Source of the DNA: Octopus vulgaris
Lineage: Eukaryota
Direction: 5' to 3'
Assembly: GCA_951406725.2 (NCBI GenBank)
Contig: CATOCA020000001.1
Location: forward strand, 10,478,001-10,542,000
Length of the DNA stretch: 64,000 nucleotides
The notes under the pieces were generated by a model that was given only the letters and a program-made list of their open reading frames with translations, did no database searches and was not told the origin of the DNA. This document shows, piece after piece, positions 1-13,778 of the stretch (its first letter is position 1; every line of letters starts with the position of its first letter). The translations under genes and the position numbers were made by a program.

Positions 1-959
1 GGTCAAGAATCGGGTATAAAGCAAATAATTCAATCTGTCATTTTTTAAATTTTAGCAGGAGGAAGTAAATTTCAAAATAGCTGGGAATTCTTTGTGAAGG
101 ATTAAAAAGAAAGTTGTAAAATAATTTAGAGGATGGTACGCTAGTTTGTTGTCTGTGAAGAGTAGACGCATTGAGATCATGGCACAAACCAAGGAAGAGT
201 TTGAAGCGGGAGATAAACCAAAATATCTGGGCAAATAACAGATTTGTAGCTTGCTGTTTGATCTGTGTCTCCGTCTTTCTTATATATACTTGAGAATCAT
301 TTGCAATGTACCATTTCAGATATATTCATCATAATAATATGTCGATGACAAGTTGTATATAGATAATAACATGTGTTACAAGTGTATAGTTTTTTTAGAA
401 CAGTTGTTATTAATTTTCTGCTCTACTGTGTAGAATTTATCTTCACTCATGCGGAAAGAAAACTGCTTCATTAAGGAAGACGTATGACATTCAAATGTCT
501 TCAAATATTTCCTTAATCAGATGACATTCTGGTTAACTGCAGCATAAATGTTTAAGAAAGAGAGCAGGTGTAAGATCCTACTTGGAGTGGGGTATCATGT
601 GTTTGTGGTTCGAGTTTTGTTGACGGACTTGGTTGATAACGGAATTAAGTGGATGAATAAAAGAATGCCAGAAAGCGATATCTAGATGTGAGGGAGAAAA
701 TGCCATCTCATCAATACTGGCACAGATATAAGAAAAGAAATGCTCAACTTAGAAAGGAAGAGCGTTATCAAGTGATAATTATATGAGATAATTGTTGAAT
801 TGTTAGATTATGTAGTATGTCTCAATAAACAGAGTAGAATAAGGTTTGTTAGTCTATTTCGTTGTAGACCTAAACATTGAGCTAGGGTATAGTAACACTG
901 TAGAAAGTATAAAAATGTTAAACAAACCCTTAGGGGTCACCAGTTGACCATTGGCGAAA

Positions 960-1377
960 GGATAGTCTGGCAATTATAAACACGTTAGCTGACATGGAGG
1001 ATTGGAAGGGAACTGCAGGTTGGAAAGGGATTTCCTGTATTTAGACACAGTTGCAAGGCCTTATGCGTGGCAGTAGGATTCGGCTCCTTACCATACATCT
1101 GAAGTGGTTGTCTGAGTACTTATGCAGTTTTAGTGGACCCATTTGTAAACTTCCTAGTTTCCCTGATTGAAATCTCATTGATTAGTTTGTATGGGACACG
1201 GTTGAGAAATATACCATTCGCTCTGACTGCAACACCAAAGTTGAGCTGGTGGCCAAAACTAAAGAAGTTGTCAAAGGTTTTTTTCCCGCTGTCAATAAGA
1301 GGAGCAGAGGTGTCAGGTTTCAGGGACGTCTTGTGTACCAAACAAATTATTGATGAAATCAATAAACTTCTTTTACA
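960..1377 (-). mobile_element. CR1/L2-like ORF2 fragment
   Basis: Decayed pre-RT region (..ALQLCLNTG.FP..PDYP) interrupting an exon cassette. Confidence 0.4.
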
Positions 1378-1830
1378 TACCGATTGACTCTCAGGTTCAA
1401 GATCTGAAGCTCATTTCTCAACACTTCCTTCCAGTTTTCTTGAGGTTCTCTCCACATTTACAAATCGGTGCTCTTTATACAGCTGATCTTATTCATACAC
1501 ATCACATGGTCATACTAGCACAGTCGTCTGTCTTGCGTACTACATACATGTGATAACTCTCGACTTTTATCTTAAAACGTGTCAGCATTTTATACCTGCA
1601 CGCTGACAGTCACCATCCAGTGGAGCGTGCTGGTTCCATTTTGTTCAAGCCTTTACACGTCCTCTGTGTTCACTACATACATTTCACTACTATGTAGCTT
1701 ACACAGCTGTCCATACACAGGCTGCCCATTGGTGATCAGAAAGTCCCACAATAATAAAATATATATTATTAATATCTAGATTTAAAATATTTTATTATAA
1801 ATTTGAAAAACCTTGAAATATTTATTTCAG

Positions 1831-1856
1831 TGTTTCCCAAATCTCAGAACAAGCAG
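1831..1856 (+). pseudogene. Truncated 26-nt exon cassette (FPKSQNKQ), frame-shifting
   Basis: 5' part of exon 21708 joined to a CAG|GTaaat donor; 26 nt is not divisible by 3. Confidence 0.55.
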
Positions 1857-2461
1857 GTAAATAGGTTTACCTGAGCTATTTTGTTCGTAGGAATTATTAA
1901 GAATATGTTCTATTCCTAAATTCCAATTGCACGTTTTAGCTGTAAACTGATTATATTAAAGGGATCGATATTACTGACATTTCATAATTTAACCACTCAA
2001 GTTAACATGTTTGGTAAAATGGATAATTTAGAAGACACAATAGATTGAATATTCTCTTTTTGAACGGGGATATATAATATGTTATACTTTATCACGTGAG
2101 TAAAAGATTTTGTTTGTTTTACATTTTACTACGTTTACTGACTGGTTATTGTTGTTGCTATTCAAGCAGGTGCCTCTCATTATCTGGTTCACTTACAAGG
2201 AAATGCATTCCAAGTTTGAACACTTTTCTTTCTTCACGACGAGGAAATCTATCACTACATCCATTAAAGATTGTCTTTGTCCAAGTGGAAGATTTTCGTC
2301 TGTTGCACAGACTACCATTGCCACTTTCCCATTCATAAATATAGATACTGACTGTATGATGCAATGCAAGCCAATGCATTCAAAGAAATGACACACGTAT
2401 TGAAGGAAGACAGGATACTGAACATTTTAGATAGCCTAGTTCAATATTTAAGAGACGAGAA

Positions 2462-2927
2462 CTCATCTTGTTTGTTGTTAACACAACGTTTAGGCTGATA
2501 TACCCTCCAGCCTTCATCAGGTGTCTTGAGGAAATTTCGAACCTGGAGGTATTAATAACACGCACCAAGTATGGATTCAGAACATCCGTATACCGCAAGC
2601 CGACCTTTACCGGACGATACATCAACTTCATTTCCCACCATCCTTACAGTGTAAAGAGAGGGATTGCTCAGTGCCTAAAACATCGAGTAAAGAATATAAG
2701 TAGCGATCGTGAAACCCACAACGAAGAAATGATCACGCTAAGTAACAATCTATTAAGCAACAACTACCCAAAAACATACTATCCACTCCAATTATGAAGA
2801 AAAGAGAGGATGAAACCAATAAACTGTCCAGTCTGTCTACCTTATGTGAAAGGCCTCTCCGAAAAGATACAAAAGATATGCGGCCCATATAACATCGGGC
2901 CACTATTCAAGAGTAAAACCACACTTC
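2462..2927 (+). mobile_element. Penelope-like element fragment (inverted pLTR plus RT thumb/linker)
   Basis: FRTSVYRKPTFTGRYINFISHHP..NNYP..CLPYVKGLSEKI; mutated hammerhead on the minus strand at 2480-2525. Confidence 0.8.
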
Positions 2928-3430
2928 TTCCTTCAGCATTTGGTGATGATGTCGCTCACACCAGAATTCTCTCTGATCGCTTGATTACGGATATATATAT
3001 CACCGAACTGTAATGTGACATCCGACATAATTAAACAATATTGCAATTACTTCACGTAATTATCTCTTTATAACACTGTTTCTCATTAGTTTAGTTTTCT
3101 TCTCTTATATCTGTACCTTAAACTCACTCAAATGCAGAGAGATATGAAAGGAAAGGCATAGAGGAAGAATACTGTTATAAAGAGGTAATTAAATAATTTC
3201 AATCTTGTTAAAACATGCTGGATATCTGAATACAGAGAGGATAGATAGGAAATCTGCGCATATTTTGAAGGCTCTAATTAATGTGTTAAACAGTATGAGT
3301 TGCTCACCAAAGATATAGTGGTCATCCGTTGACCATTTAAGAAAAAAATGTCGAATAATATCAAAATATAGATTAAGAACTAAAACCAAATCATACAATA
3401 AAATGTAATACGTGAAAATATTCATTTCAG

Positions 3431-3481
3431 ATTATGGAAGAGATTTCGCCAAAAGGACCCAACCCAGTTTAAAACATTATG
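3431..3481 (+). pseudogene. Exon cassette with donor GT>AT (YGRDFAKRTQPSLKHY)
   Basis: Paralog of 13728-13778; acceptor and frame intact; donor reads ATgagttt. Confidence 0.65.
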
Positions 3482-5074
3482 ATGAGTTTAAAATTATATT
3501 ACCTCATCGATTTCCATAAAGATTCCGTCATGTTTCACTGATAGTAAATTTACCATGAACTTATATGAAGTAAATTAGGTGGTAACAGTTTTGGGGGACA
3601 TCTGATATTTCTTTCTCCTAGACCTGTGTAGAATTAATTATTCCTCACTTGGGATGAAATCTATGTCATTCAGGGGTCTTCAAATATTTTCTACATGAGA
3701 TGACATTCTGGTGAACGTAGATGTGGGCAGTTAAAATTAAAGATTACCAGCAGCAATGTTTCACACAGCGAGTAGGTGTTTGTATCTAAAGTGAAAGGAA
3801 TTTGAAGACAGATATTTGATGATTAACCTTGTTGACACTGGAAGTGAGCAGAAAATTATAAGATTGTTTGATTAGTGAGTTCTACTGTAGATGTGAAAAC
3901 GCCATGTCATAGATGCGTCACAAATACGCACGTTGATGTGGGCAGTTAAAATCAAAGATTACCAGAAGCAATATTTCACAGAGAGCAGGTACTTTCTGTC
4001 TAACGGTAAGTGGTGTGACCAGTTTTTGTAGATAGATATATGGTTATCCACTTGCTTGACATTGGAGTTGAGCAGAAAACGAGAAGTTTGGTTCGTGACG
4101 TTTACTACGGTAGAGGTGAAAACGCTATGTCATAGATGTGACAGAAATACCACCTTGACCATGATCGACTGACTGAGTGTATTGACGACACCAGAGATCA
4201 CAGTACACCCTCCACTTCTGTCTTCATCTTGACCTTCTCACCTACGTAGCATGTCGTATTTCGTCAAACACTCACTTTTGGATTCGCTCTCAGTGACCTC
4301 CTCTGCTCGCGTATATAACTCTCAACAACTGAGCATCTCTTAATATTTTCAGTGAGCTGGTTACCTGTCCCATCTGAAATTTTGTCATAAGTTTTTAGTG
4401 ATGATGTCTCTCACACCTGATTTCCCTCTGATCGCCTCACTCTTGATGTGCAAATTTAGCAACACTCCCAAACCTCGATTTTTCGATTGTGCTTTGGGCC
4501 ATTATCAGACTCACATCCTCCATCTTCATTATGTAACAGCTTTCAAACCTGTTGTAAATTGCCGGTAAATAGGTGTTGTTGAAGAGGTTTATGTGATTGG
4601 TTCAATCCGACTTCGTTTTGAGACCAACTTTCATATATCAACGCAATGTATTGTGACATCCAACATAATTTAACAATATTGCAATTACTTCACGTAATTA
4701 TCTCTTTATAGCAATGTTTTTCAGTAGTTGAGTTATCCTCTCTTTATACCTGTGCCTTAAACTCCCTGAAAATCAGAGAAATACGGAAGGAAAGAGAAAA
4801 CTAAAAGCAAAATATTGTTATAAAGAGACAATGAAATTAAATAATTACAATATTGTTAAATTATATTTGATGTCTGAATACAGAGAGTAAAGAGAGGAAA
4901 TTAGTTAATATTTTGGTGGCCCTTTATATAGAGTTTTGTTATATTGAAAGCGTGCATAGTGGTCAGCCGTTGACCATTGACAAAAGAAATAAGTCACAAT
5001 AGTGAAATATAGATTATTAACAAAGATAAGCACATCATGCTATACAACGCAAATCTTGGAAATATTCATTTCAG

Positions 5075-5161
5075 AACATTCAACAGCAAGTATAGTAACC
5101 GGAGCCAGTGCCGATTCCGGTTTACAATCATCTTCTGGAGTAGATGAATCAGAGGAAGAAT
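5075..5161 (+). CDS. Phase 1-1 micro-exon, 87 nt (EHSTASIVTGASADSGLQSSSGVDESEEE)
   Basis: aatattcatttcAG / GTaagtat, length divisible by 3, no stop. Confidence 0.7.
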
Positions 5162-7899
5162 GTAAGTATGAAATAATATTAAGTTACCGATTTCTATACA
5201 TTTCAATTTATCTCAGAGCTTTTGTATGTTAGAACGACTGAGTACAGATTCTATCCCTAATTAGATTCGAAAGTTTGTTGTATAATAATTCTATTCAATA
5301 TATCGATATTATGAAATTTCACAAAATATCCAACGAAGTTAGCGTGGTTTGTAACATGGAAAATTGAAACGGGAATATATTTAGTATAGTTTTGAGAAAG
5401 AGAGAACTAAGCTAATTTGTTTAGGAATATAAATTTAGAGTTAATGACAGCCGTTTTTGTCACATTTTTTACCACATTCACTCGTAGGTTATTATTGTTA
5501 TTGTTGTTATTTAAACGGATGCTTCTCATAATCTAGAAGAATTACAATGAAATTCGTTTCAAGTGTAAACTCTCTGTTATGTTACACTGGTAGTAATTTC
5601 ATTATTACATCCACTACACATTGTCTTTTCCCGAATAGAAAACATTTCTTTGCTACTGTGATAATCGGTATCTGCCTTTCTTACTTCATGAAAGATACAG
5701 GTTGCACGATGCAAGTGAATCACAGGTAACAACCCCGACACTTATCGTTAGATGTCCAGGCTCCTATGGGCTAGATGAGTTGTCGCTGTCCAAGTCAGTT
5801 CTTCTTCAGAACTACTTCCCTTCTTCATTCGTAAAGGAACATATCTCACTTAAACATCACTGCTTTCATGTAGTGCTATGCCATTCCTGACACCAACCAC
5901 TTTCTAAAGGGTTCTAGGTGCATGTTATTGTTGCAAAGCATGTGAAATATTATCGTCTCTCTAAGAAAATGTCCAACAAAATCAGGAACGAAGAATTTGA
6001 GCTTGAGGATTGCAGCAGGAAAGAAGTAGTTATCTTTGGGTATAAGGCAAGGTGAGGCTGTACATTAGAAAGTTTCAAGTCTTGTATAAGGTTTTGTTGT
6101 AGGCATCACATAATGGTGGAGCTTTCGGGTATAAAGTTGGTGTGATTGATGGCTGGAGGAAGAGAGAAAGATTTTGCGTACAATTTAAGCTAAAGCGAAA
6201 CTAATTCGCAAGTTGGCACCGATTGCAATTATGATTGCTAAGATTTCCATGGTCAGAGATCAACTACACATCGACAAAATAACTCTAATGAGACTGAAAG
6301 TGTGACTGCAAAAGAATCCGTTGACATCCTGAGTGTTTGGGACATGCCTTGTAAAAGTGGGACCAACATACATAGAAAAATAGAAGTGATTTGAATGTTG
6401 TATGGTTGGATCAGTCTAATGCTTAGGGATGTGAACAACATAAACCATCGAGAAAAGCAATGGCCTTCGTTTACATACAGGAGGATTTTAAAAATATGAC
6501 GAAGAGTTGGTTTAACAATTTCCAAATGCTATTCGTTACACACATATTATACAGAGAGTAGGATTGGCGTGAAACTAGAGTAGGATGCAAAATGTCAGTC
6601 TTTGTTAATGAGATGTTACTCAGATCAGCAGACTGCTCAGCAGATATGGCTGAAGAAACATCATCGATGACATACAAATAAGGGAAAGAGATCAAAAGAA
6701 TATGCTAATAGTTTTGGACAACCGGAATGGATTTAATCCTTGGTCGAGATTAAGACTTAATGCAAATAAATAATACGGTTTTTTAATTGTCAAAGGGCAG
6801 CAGAAACAAGTGATATACAACGTATCAAGAGAAACCATGACATATTTTAATGACAAATTTGTAAGTATTTCGTATGCTGGTAGGCTTCCCTATTGTCTAG
6901 TAAGAATAGAGATATTGAGATCATGGTAAAAATCGATAATGGTTTATAAGCAATAGATTTGTGAAAACCTCAAAGTAAATATAGTATATGATGTTTCTAG
7001 CATGGCTTGCGTATGTATTTTTGAGAATCAGTTCTATTATGTACCATTTCGGATGCATTTTATGCAATGATGTGTAGATAAACGGCGGTGTAGTTTTGGG
7101 GGTACCTGATACCAATTTCGCCAACAACTTAGTAGAATAAATTATTACTCATCTGGAAAGAAAACTGTTTCCGTAAGGAGGTTTCACACATCTTCTGTAT
7201 CAGAAGACATTCTGGCGAACGTTGGTGAGAGCGGTTAAACTTAAAGATTACCAGCAGCAATGTTTCACGCAGAGAGTAGGTGCTAGTTGTCTAAAATGAA
7301 GTGGTGTGAAATGTATTTGAAGATCGATATTTGATGATTAACCTTGTTGACATTGGAAGTGAGCAGAAAATTATAAGAATGTTTGATTAGTGAGTTCTAC
7401 TGTAGATGTGAAAACGCCATGTCATAGATGCGTCATAAATACGCAGGTTGATGTGGGCAGTTAAAATCAAAGATTACCAAAACCAATGTTTCACGGAGAG
7501 AGCAGGTACTTTCTGTCTAACGGTAAGTAGTGTGACCAGTTTTTGTAGATAGATGTATGGTTATCAACTTGCTTGTCATTGGAGTTGAGCAGAAAACGAA
7601 AAGTTTGGTTCGTGAGGTTTACTACGGTAGAGGTGAAAACGCTATGTCATAGATGTGACAGAAATACCACCTTGACCATGGTCGACTGACTGAGTGTATT
7701 GACGACACCAGAGAACACAGTGCATCCTCCACTTCTGTCTTCATCTTGACCTTCTCACCTACGTAGCATGTCGTATTTCGTCAAACACTCACTTTTGGAT
7801 TCGCTCTCAGTGACCTCCTCTGCTCGCGTATATAACTCTCAACAACTGAGCATCCCTAAATAATTTCAGTGAGCTGGCTACCTGTCCCATCTGAAATTT

Positions 7900-8200
7900 T
7901 GGCATAAGTTTTTAGTGATGATGTCTCTCACACCTGATTTCTCTATGATCGCCTCACTCCTGATGTGCAAATTTAGCAACATTCCATAACCTCGATTTTT
8001 CGATTGTGATTTTGGCCATTATCAGACTCACATCCTCCATCTTCGTTGTGTACCAGCTTTCACACCTGCTGTAAATTGCAGGTAAATAGGTGTCGTTGAA
8101 GAGATTTATGCGATTGGTCCAATCCAGCTTCGTTTTGAGACCAACTTTCACATATCTATGCAATGTACTGTGACATCCAACATAATTGAACAATATTGCA
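7900..8200 (-). mobile_element. RTE LINE fossil (copies near 4385-4670, 14690-14980 and 16550-16840)
   Basis: LFNDTYLPAIYSRCESWYTTK..IREKSGVRDII resembles the RTE motif LFNSTVLPAMLYGSETW..IRERSGVRDII. Confidence 0.65.
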
Positions 8201-8609
8201 AATACTTCACGTAATTATCTCTTTATAGCAATAGTTTTCAGTAGTTGAGTTATCCTCTTTTTATACCTGTGCCTTAAACTCCCTGAAAATCAGAGAAATA
8301 CGGACGGAAAGAGAAAACTAAAAGCAAAATATTGTTATAAAGAGACAATGAAATTAAATAATTACAATATTGTTAAATTATATTTGATGTCTGAATACAG
8401 AGAGTAAAGATAGGAAATTAGTTCATATTTTGGTGGCTCTTAATATAGAGTTTTGTTGTAATGAATCTGTAAAGCGTGCTGACCAAAAGCATAGTGGTCA
8501 GCCGTTGACAATTGAACATAAAGATATCTTACGGTAATGGAATATTTTTGATTGATAGATATAATCACATTATAGTGTAAAATGTAAAACTTGAAAATAT
8601 ATTTTTCCG

Positions 8610-8672
8610 ACACATAGTCGCAAACAATACTGTCTCAAAACTTTCCTATGCTTGAAACAGAATCATTTGATC
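8610..8672 (+). pseudogene. Dead 63-nt exon cassette
   Basis: Cassette flanks conserved, but acceptor is CG, donor is ATgagtat, and there is an in-frame TAG. Confidence 0.55.
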
Positions 8673-9499
8673 ATGAGTATAAAATATCATTACCTTATCG
8701 ATTACTGTAAATTTTAACTTTACTGAATGACTGACAACATCTTCCAATCCACATTTTGCATTTGAAAAGTTTGATGCATAATAATTCTATTAAATATTTG
8801 TTGTGCAAGATTTTTTTATGTGAAGTCGTGTGTTGAAACAGATATTATTATATTTCGGAATGGTCATTTTGCCAGTTTAGCCAATAAAACATATCGATAT
8901 TATTGCAATTTCACAAAATATCCGATGTGGTGAGAATGGTTTGTAAAAGGGATAACTTCGAAGACAATAGATTTTATATTTCACTTTGGAAGAGAAAACT
9001 AATATTTGTAGTTTTTAGCGATAAACATTCGTGTTAATGACATTTCTCTTTGTTTTACATTTTATATTATGTTTGCTGATAGATTAATATTGTTATTTTG
9101 GCTGATATTTCTAAAAAAGTACTTTGAAAGGTATTTCAAGTATAAGCAGTCTGTTTTATTTCACAGATATTTCATTACATCCGCTAAACATTGCCCTCAT
9201 CCAACTTACTTCTGTGATAGTTGTTGTCTATATTTCTTACTTCAAAACAGATACTGGTTGCAAGATACTATACAATAATTGACAATCTCTTCATCCTTCA
9301 TCGTCTGATTACCACGCTCCCACCTCTTGATCGGATAGCAGACACATCTCAGTTAACCATTCTAGGTTTTATATGAGGGTATAATTTCCTAAAACAAACC
9401 ATTTGATAAAGTGTCCTAGGTGCATTTTATTGTGGTACAAGCAAAAGAAACGTTGATGTCTTTCTAATAAAACCTCAAAGAAAGTCAGGAATTAAACTT

Positions 9500-10450
9500 T
9501 TAACTGAGAGATTGCAGCAAGAAGGAGGCAAGAGCAAAAACTGCATTATATAAGCATTATATAATAGTAAGGGTTTGTAGTATAAAATTGAAGGGATTTA
9601 TGACTGATATAAGGCAGAAAGAGTTCACTTATGAAAGGAATCTGAATCACAATTAATTGGCCAATTGAAATTAGTTTCAATCCTTAATGACATGCTTTAC
9701 GTGGATGTACATGCTAAGAGATCACCTATACAACTACAAAATAATTGATATGTGATGGAAAGTGTTCAGATGACTGGAATCCGCTGACTTTCTTGGTTTG
9801 AAGGACATGAAATGTCAAACTGGGATCAACACACAAAGGAGAATTGAAGTAATTTGAATGTTGTATGGCTTGATCGCTCTAAAGCATATGGTTGTGGACC
9901 ATACAAATTATTGATGAAATCAATGAACTTCTTTGACATACTAGGGCAGTGTGAAGGTCTGATGATGAGCTGGTATAACAATTTCAAAAGGCAGCTCATT
10001 ACAAACCATTTTACAGGGACTGTCATCGGAATTGGAGCAGGGTGCACAATATTAATCCTTCAGTTTCGAGATGTTACTTAGATCAGTAGTCTGCTCAGAA
10101 GAAATGACCCAAGTGAAAGAACAAGACAAGACATTCATGGATGACATAAAAATACTATGTAGAGACCAAAATGTTATGCAAATATTTCTGGATAGCCTGG
10201 GTGGACTGATTACTTTGTCAAGAATTTGACTTAAAGCAAATAAATAATACAATCTGTTATTTGTGGAAGATCAGCAGAACAAAGTGAAGTTCAAAGTAGC
10301 AGGAGAAACTATGTATACGTTTAGGGAAAAACTTATAAAATTTTCGGACAGTGTTGCGCTGCCTCTTTGTCCAATAATTGTAAGGGCATTAAGATGAAAA
10401 CGAAAACATGGGAATGGGTTAAAAGAAAGAGAATATTCGAAACTTGCTGG
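9500..10450 (+). mobile_element. Degenerate Hero/NeSL-like non-LTR RT fossil
   Basis: VVWLDRSKAYG..GCTI..FMDD resembles WLDLANAYGSVPH..GCTISP..AFMDD; many stops. Related copies at about 1-230, 5990-6900, 19080-20030 and 21829-22100. Confidence 0.6.
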
Positions 10451-11672
10451 CAAACGTAAGATTCAATGCTTCCAGTTTGATCTATATTTGCGTCATGCTT
10501 ATATATGCTTAATTGTCAGTTATTGTGTATCATTTCGGATATGTTTATGCAATAGTATGTAGATGACCAGTTAAATGTAGTTAATAAGGTTTTGTGCAAG
10601 TGTACAATGTTTCAGGATACTTGATGTCGCGATGTCAGATTGTTTGAAGTTAGTCCAGCAATTAGAAATTGGTGTGCAGAAATTGATTTATCTAAAATAG
10701 TAAAAAGTCGTTTCTGTTTTGTTTATTCGATAGTTATTTACATAATTCTCTGATAAAATTGGTGCTGGGGCGGGCTTATCTCAATTTTGTATGTCTATTT
10801 TGTGTCGGAGAGAGAATTCTTACCACAAGTAGTTTAATTTCTACTCAGCCCTTTAATAGATCTATAACCAGAGGTAGCTGGTCATAGCCTCAGTGAAAAA
10901 TACAGATCTAACCCGTCAGATATTCCATTCTTTCATTTTGTTAATCATCACACAAGGAACTGCTAAAATGCCTCGTTTTGTTGTGTACGGCGGATTGTGG
11001 TAGCAGTCAGGGTAGAATATGATATCTCTCCACCGTGCAGTTTGTAATTGTACATCTGATCTCCTTCTAGTGTTAACGACTTTTGTAATGGTCAAGTTAA
11101 ACATTGCCAGATAATCACGGATTTCTCTCTATAGTAGTAAGCTCAACTGGTGTATATCAGTATTTTCAGCTAGCGAGACTACTGGTGTAGCTATTTCTGT
11201 GTTTATCGACAATTAATGGGACGGAAGTGTTTTGGAAATGGTGTTCTATGAACTGTGTGCAATATTTTAGTTAAATTAGGAAGATTTGAGTTATTATATC
11301 ACGAATTATGTCGGATGTTGCAGTTAAAAAATATTATCTCTTCATATCTTTTAACAATGTTTTAAAACTTTTATTTTTGCTGTTGTCTTTTCTTAGATAC
11401 AACATTAAATTTATCGTTCCATCCACTAAGCATTGTCTTTATCGAAGTAATGACTTTGGTTTTCTGCTGAGAAACCATTGTCTCTTTCTCTTTCAAGATA
11501 AATACTAGCTGCATATAACAATACAATCGAATACATCCTCATCATTTATCGTCTGATGTTCTTTCTAAAATGTATTTGATGGGCGGTCTCTACCCAAGAC
11601 ACGTCCTATTCTGAGATACTATCCACCCCCATTGGTCGAGGAACATATGTCTCTTAAAGATACCCGCTTTTC

Positions 11673-12033
11673 TACCGATTGACTCTCAGGTTCAAGATCT
11701 GAAGCTCATTTCTCAACACATCCTTCCAGTTTTCTTGAGGTTCTCTCCACATTTACAGATCGGTGCTCTTTATACAGCTGATCTTATTCATACACATCAC
11801 ATGGTCATACTAACACAGTCGTCTGTCTTGCGTACTACATACATGTGATAACTCTCGATTTTTATCTTAAAACATCTCAGCATTTTATACCTGCACACTG
11901 ACAGTGACCATCCAGTGGAGCATGCTGGTTCCATTTTGTTCAAGACTTTACACGTCCTCTGTGTTCACAACATACATTTCACTACTATGTAGCATACACA
12001 GCTGTTCATACACAGGCTGCCCATTGATGATCA
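11673..12033 (-). mobile_element. RTE-like LINE 3' fossil (copies at 1378-1740 and 21256-21615)
   Basis: Minus translation MLHSSEM..LEQNGTSMLHWM..QDRRLC*YDHVMCM, similar to the RTE at 42.1 kb. Confidence 0.65.
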
Positions 12034-12125
12034 GAAACTCCAACAATAATAAAATATATATTATTAATATCTAGATTTAAAATATTTTATTATAAATTTT
12101 AAAAACCTTGAAATATTTATTTCAG

Positions 12126-12151
12126 GGTTTCCCAAGTCTCAGAACAAGCAG
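12126..12151 (+). pseudogene. Truncated 26-nt exon cassette, second copy
   Basis: Duplicate of 1831-1856 with AG and GT present. Confidence 0.55.
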
Positions 12152-12756
12152 GTAAATAGGTTTACCTGAGCTATTTTGTTTGTCACAATTATTAAGAATA
12201 TGTTCTATTCATAAATTTCAATTGCACGTTTTAGCTGTAAACTGATTATATTAAAGGGATCGATATTACTGACATTTCATAAATTATCCACTCAAGTTAA
12301 CATGTTTGGTAAAATGGATAATTTAGAAGACACAATATATTGAATATTCTCTTTTTGAACGGGGATATATAATATGTTATTCTTTATCAGGTTAGTTAAT
12401 GATTTTGTTTGTTTTACATTTTACTACGTTTACTGACTGGTTTTTGTTGTTGTTATTCAAGCAGGTGCCACTCATTATCTGGTTCTCTGACAAGGAAATG
12501 CATTCCTAATTTGAACACTTGTCTTTCGTCAAGACTAGTAAACCTATCACTACATCCATTAAACATTTTCTTTATCCAAGTGGAAGCCTTTCGTCTGTTG
12601 CACAGACTACCATTTCCACTTTCCCATTCATAAAAGTAGATACTGACTGTATGATGCAATGCAAGCCAATGCATTCAAAGAAATGACACACGTATTGAAG
12701 GAAGACAGGATACTGAACGTTTTAGATAGCCTAGTTCAATATTTAAGAGACGAGAA

Positions 12757-13224
12757 CTCATCTTGTTTGTTGTTAACACAACGTTTAGGCTGATATACCC
12801 TCCAGCCTTCATCGGGTGCCTTGGGGAAATATCGAACCTGGAGGTATTAATAACACGCACCAAGTATGGATTCAGGACATCCGTATACCGCAAGCCGACC
12901 TTTACCGGACGATACATCAACTTCATTTCCCACCATCCATACAGTGTAAAGAGAGGGATTGCTCAGTGCCTAAAACATCGACTACAAAATATAAGTAGCG
13001 ATCGTGAAACCCACAACGAAGAAATGATCAAGCTAATTAACAATCTATTAAGCAACAACTACCCAAAAACATACAATCCCCTCCAATTATGAAGAAAAGA
13101 GAGGATGAAACCATTGAACTGTCCACAGTCTGTCTACCTTATGTGAAAGGCCTCTCCGAAAAGATACAAAAGATATGCGGCCCATATAACATCGGGCCAC
13201 TATTCAAGAGTAAAACCACACTTC
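12757..13224 (+). mobile_element. Penelope-like element fragment, duplicated copy
   Basis: Segmental duplicate of 2462-2927; minus-strand hammerhead remnant at 12775-12820. Confidence 0.8.
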
Positions 13225-13727
13225 TTCCTTCAGCATTTGGTGATGTTGTCACTCACACCAGAATTCTCTCTGATCGCTTGATTACGGATATATATATCAC
13301 CGAACTGTAATGTGACATCCGACATAATTAAACAATATTGCAATTACTTCACGTAATTATCTCTTTATAACACTGTTTCTCATTAGTTTAGTTTTCCTCT
13401 CTCATATATGTACCATAAACTCATTCAAATACAAAGAGATAAGAAAGGAAAGGCATAGAGGAAGAATACTGTTATAAAGAGGTAATTAAATAATTTCAAT
13501 CATGTTAAATTATGCTGGATATCTGAATACAGAGAGGATAGATAGGAAATCTGCGCATATTTTGAAGGCTCTAATTAATGTGTTAAACAGTATGAGTTGC
13601 TCACCAAAGATATAGTGGTCACCCGTTTACCATTTAAGATATAAATGTCGAAGAAAATCAAAATATAGATTAAGAAATATAACCAAATCATAAAATAAAA
13701 TGTTATAAATGAAAATATTCATTTCAG

Positions 13728-13778
13728 ATTATGGAAGAGATTTCCCCAAAAGGACCGAACACAGTTTAAGTCTTTATG
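13728..13778 (+). CDS. Phase 1-1 micro-exon, 51 nt (YGRDFPKRTEHSLSLY)
   Basis: aatattcatttcAG / GTgagttt, open frame. Confidence 0.7.

Noticed and set aside
3319-3335. Estrogen response element
   Set aside because: The spacer is 5 nt rather than the canonical 3, and the fixed position before acceptors fits co-duplication or an RNA stem better.
5002-5232. ORF-track proteins MKYRLLTK.. (also 15312 and 17188) as stand-alone small genes
   Set aside because: They start at GTG and run through intron sequence; only the internal AG..GT segment looks coding.
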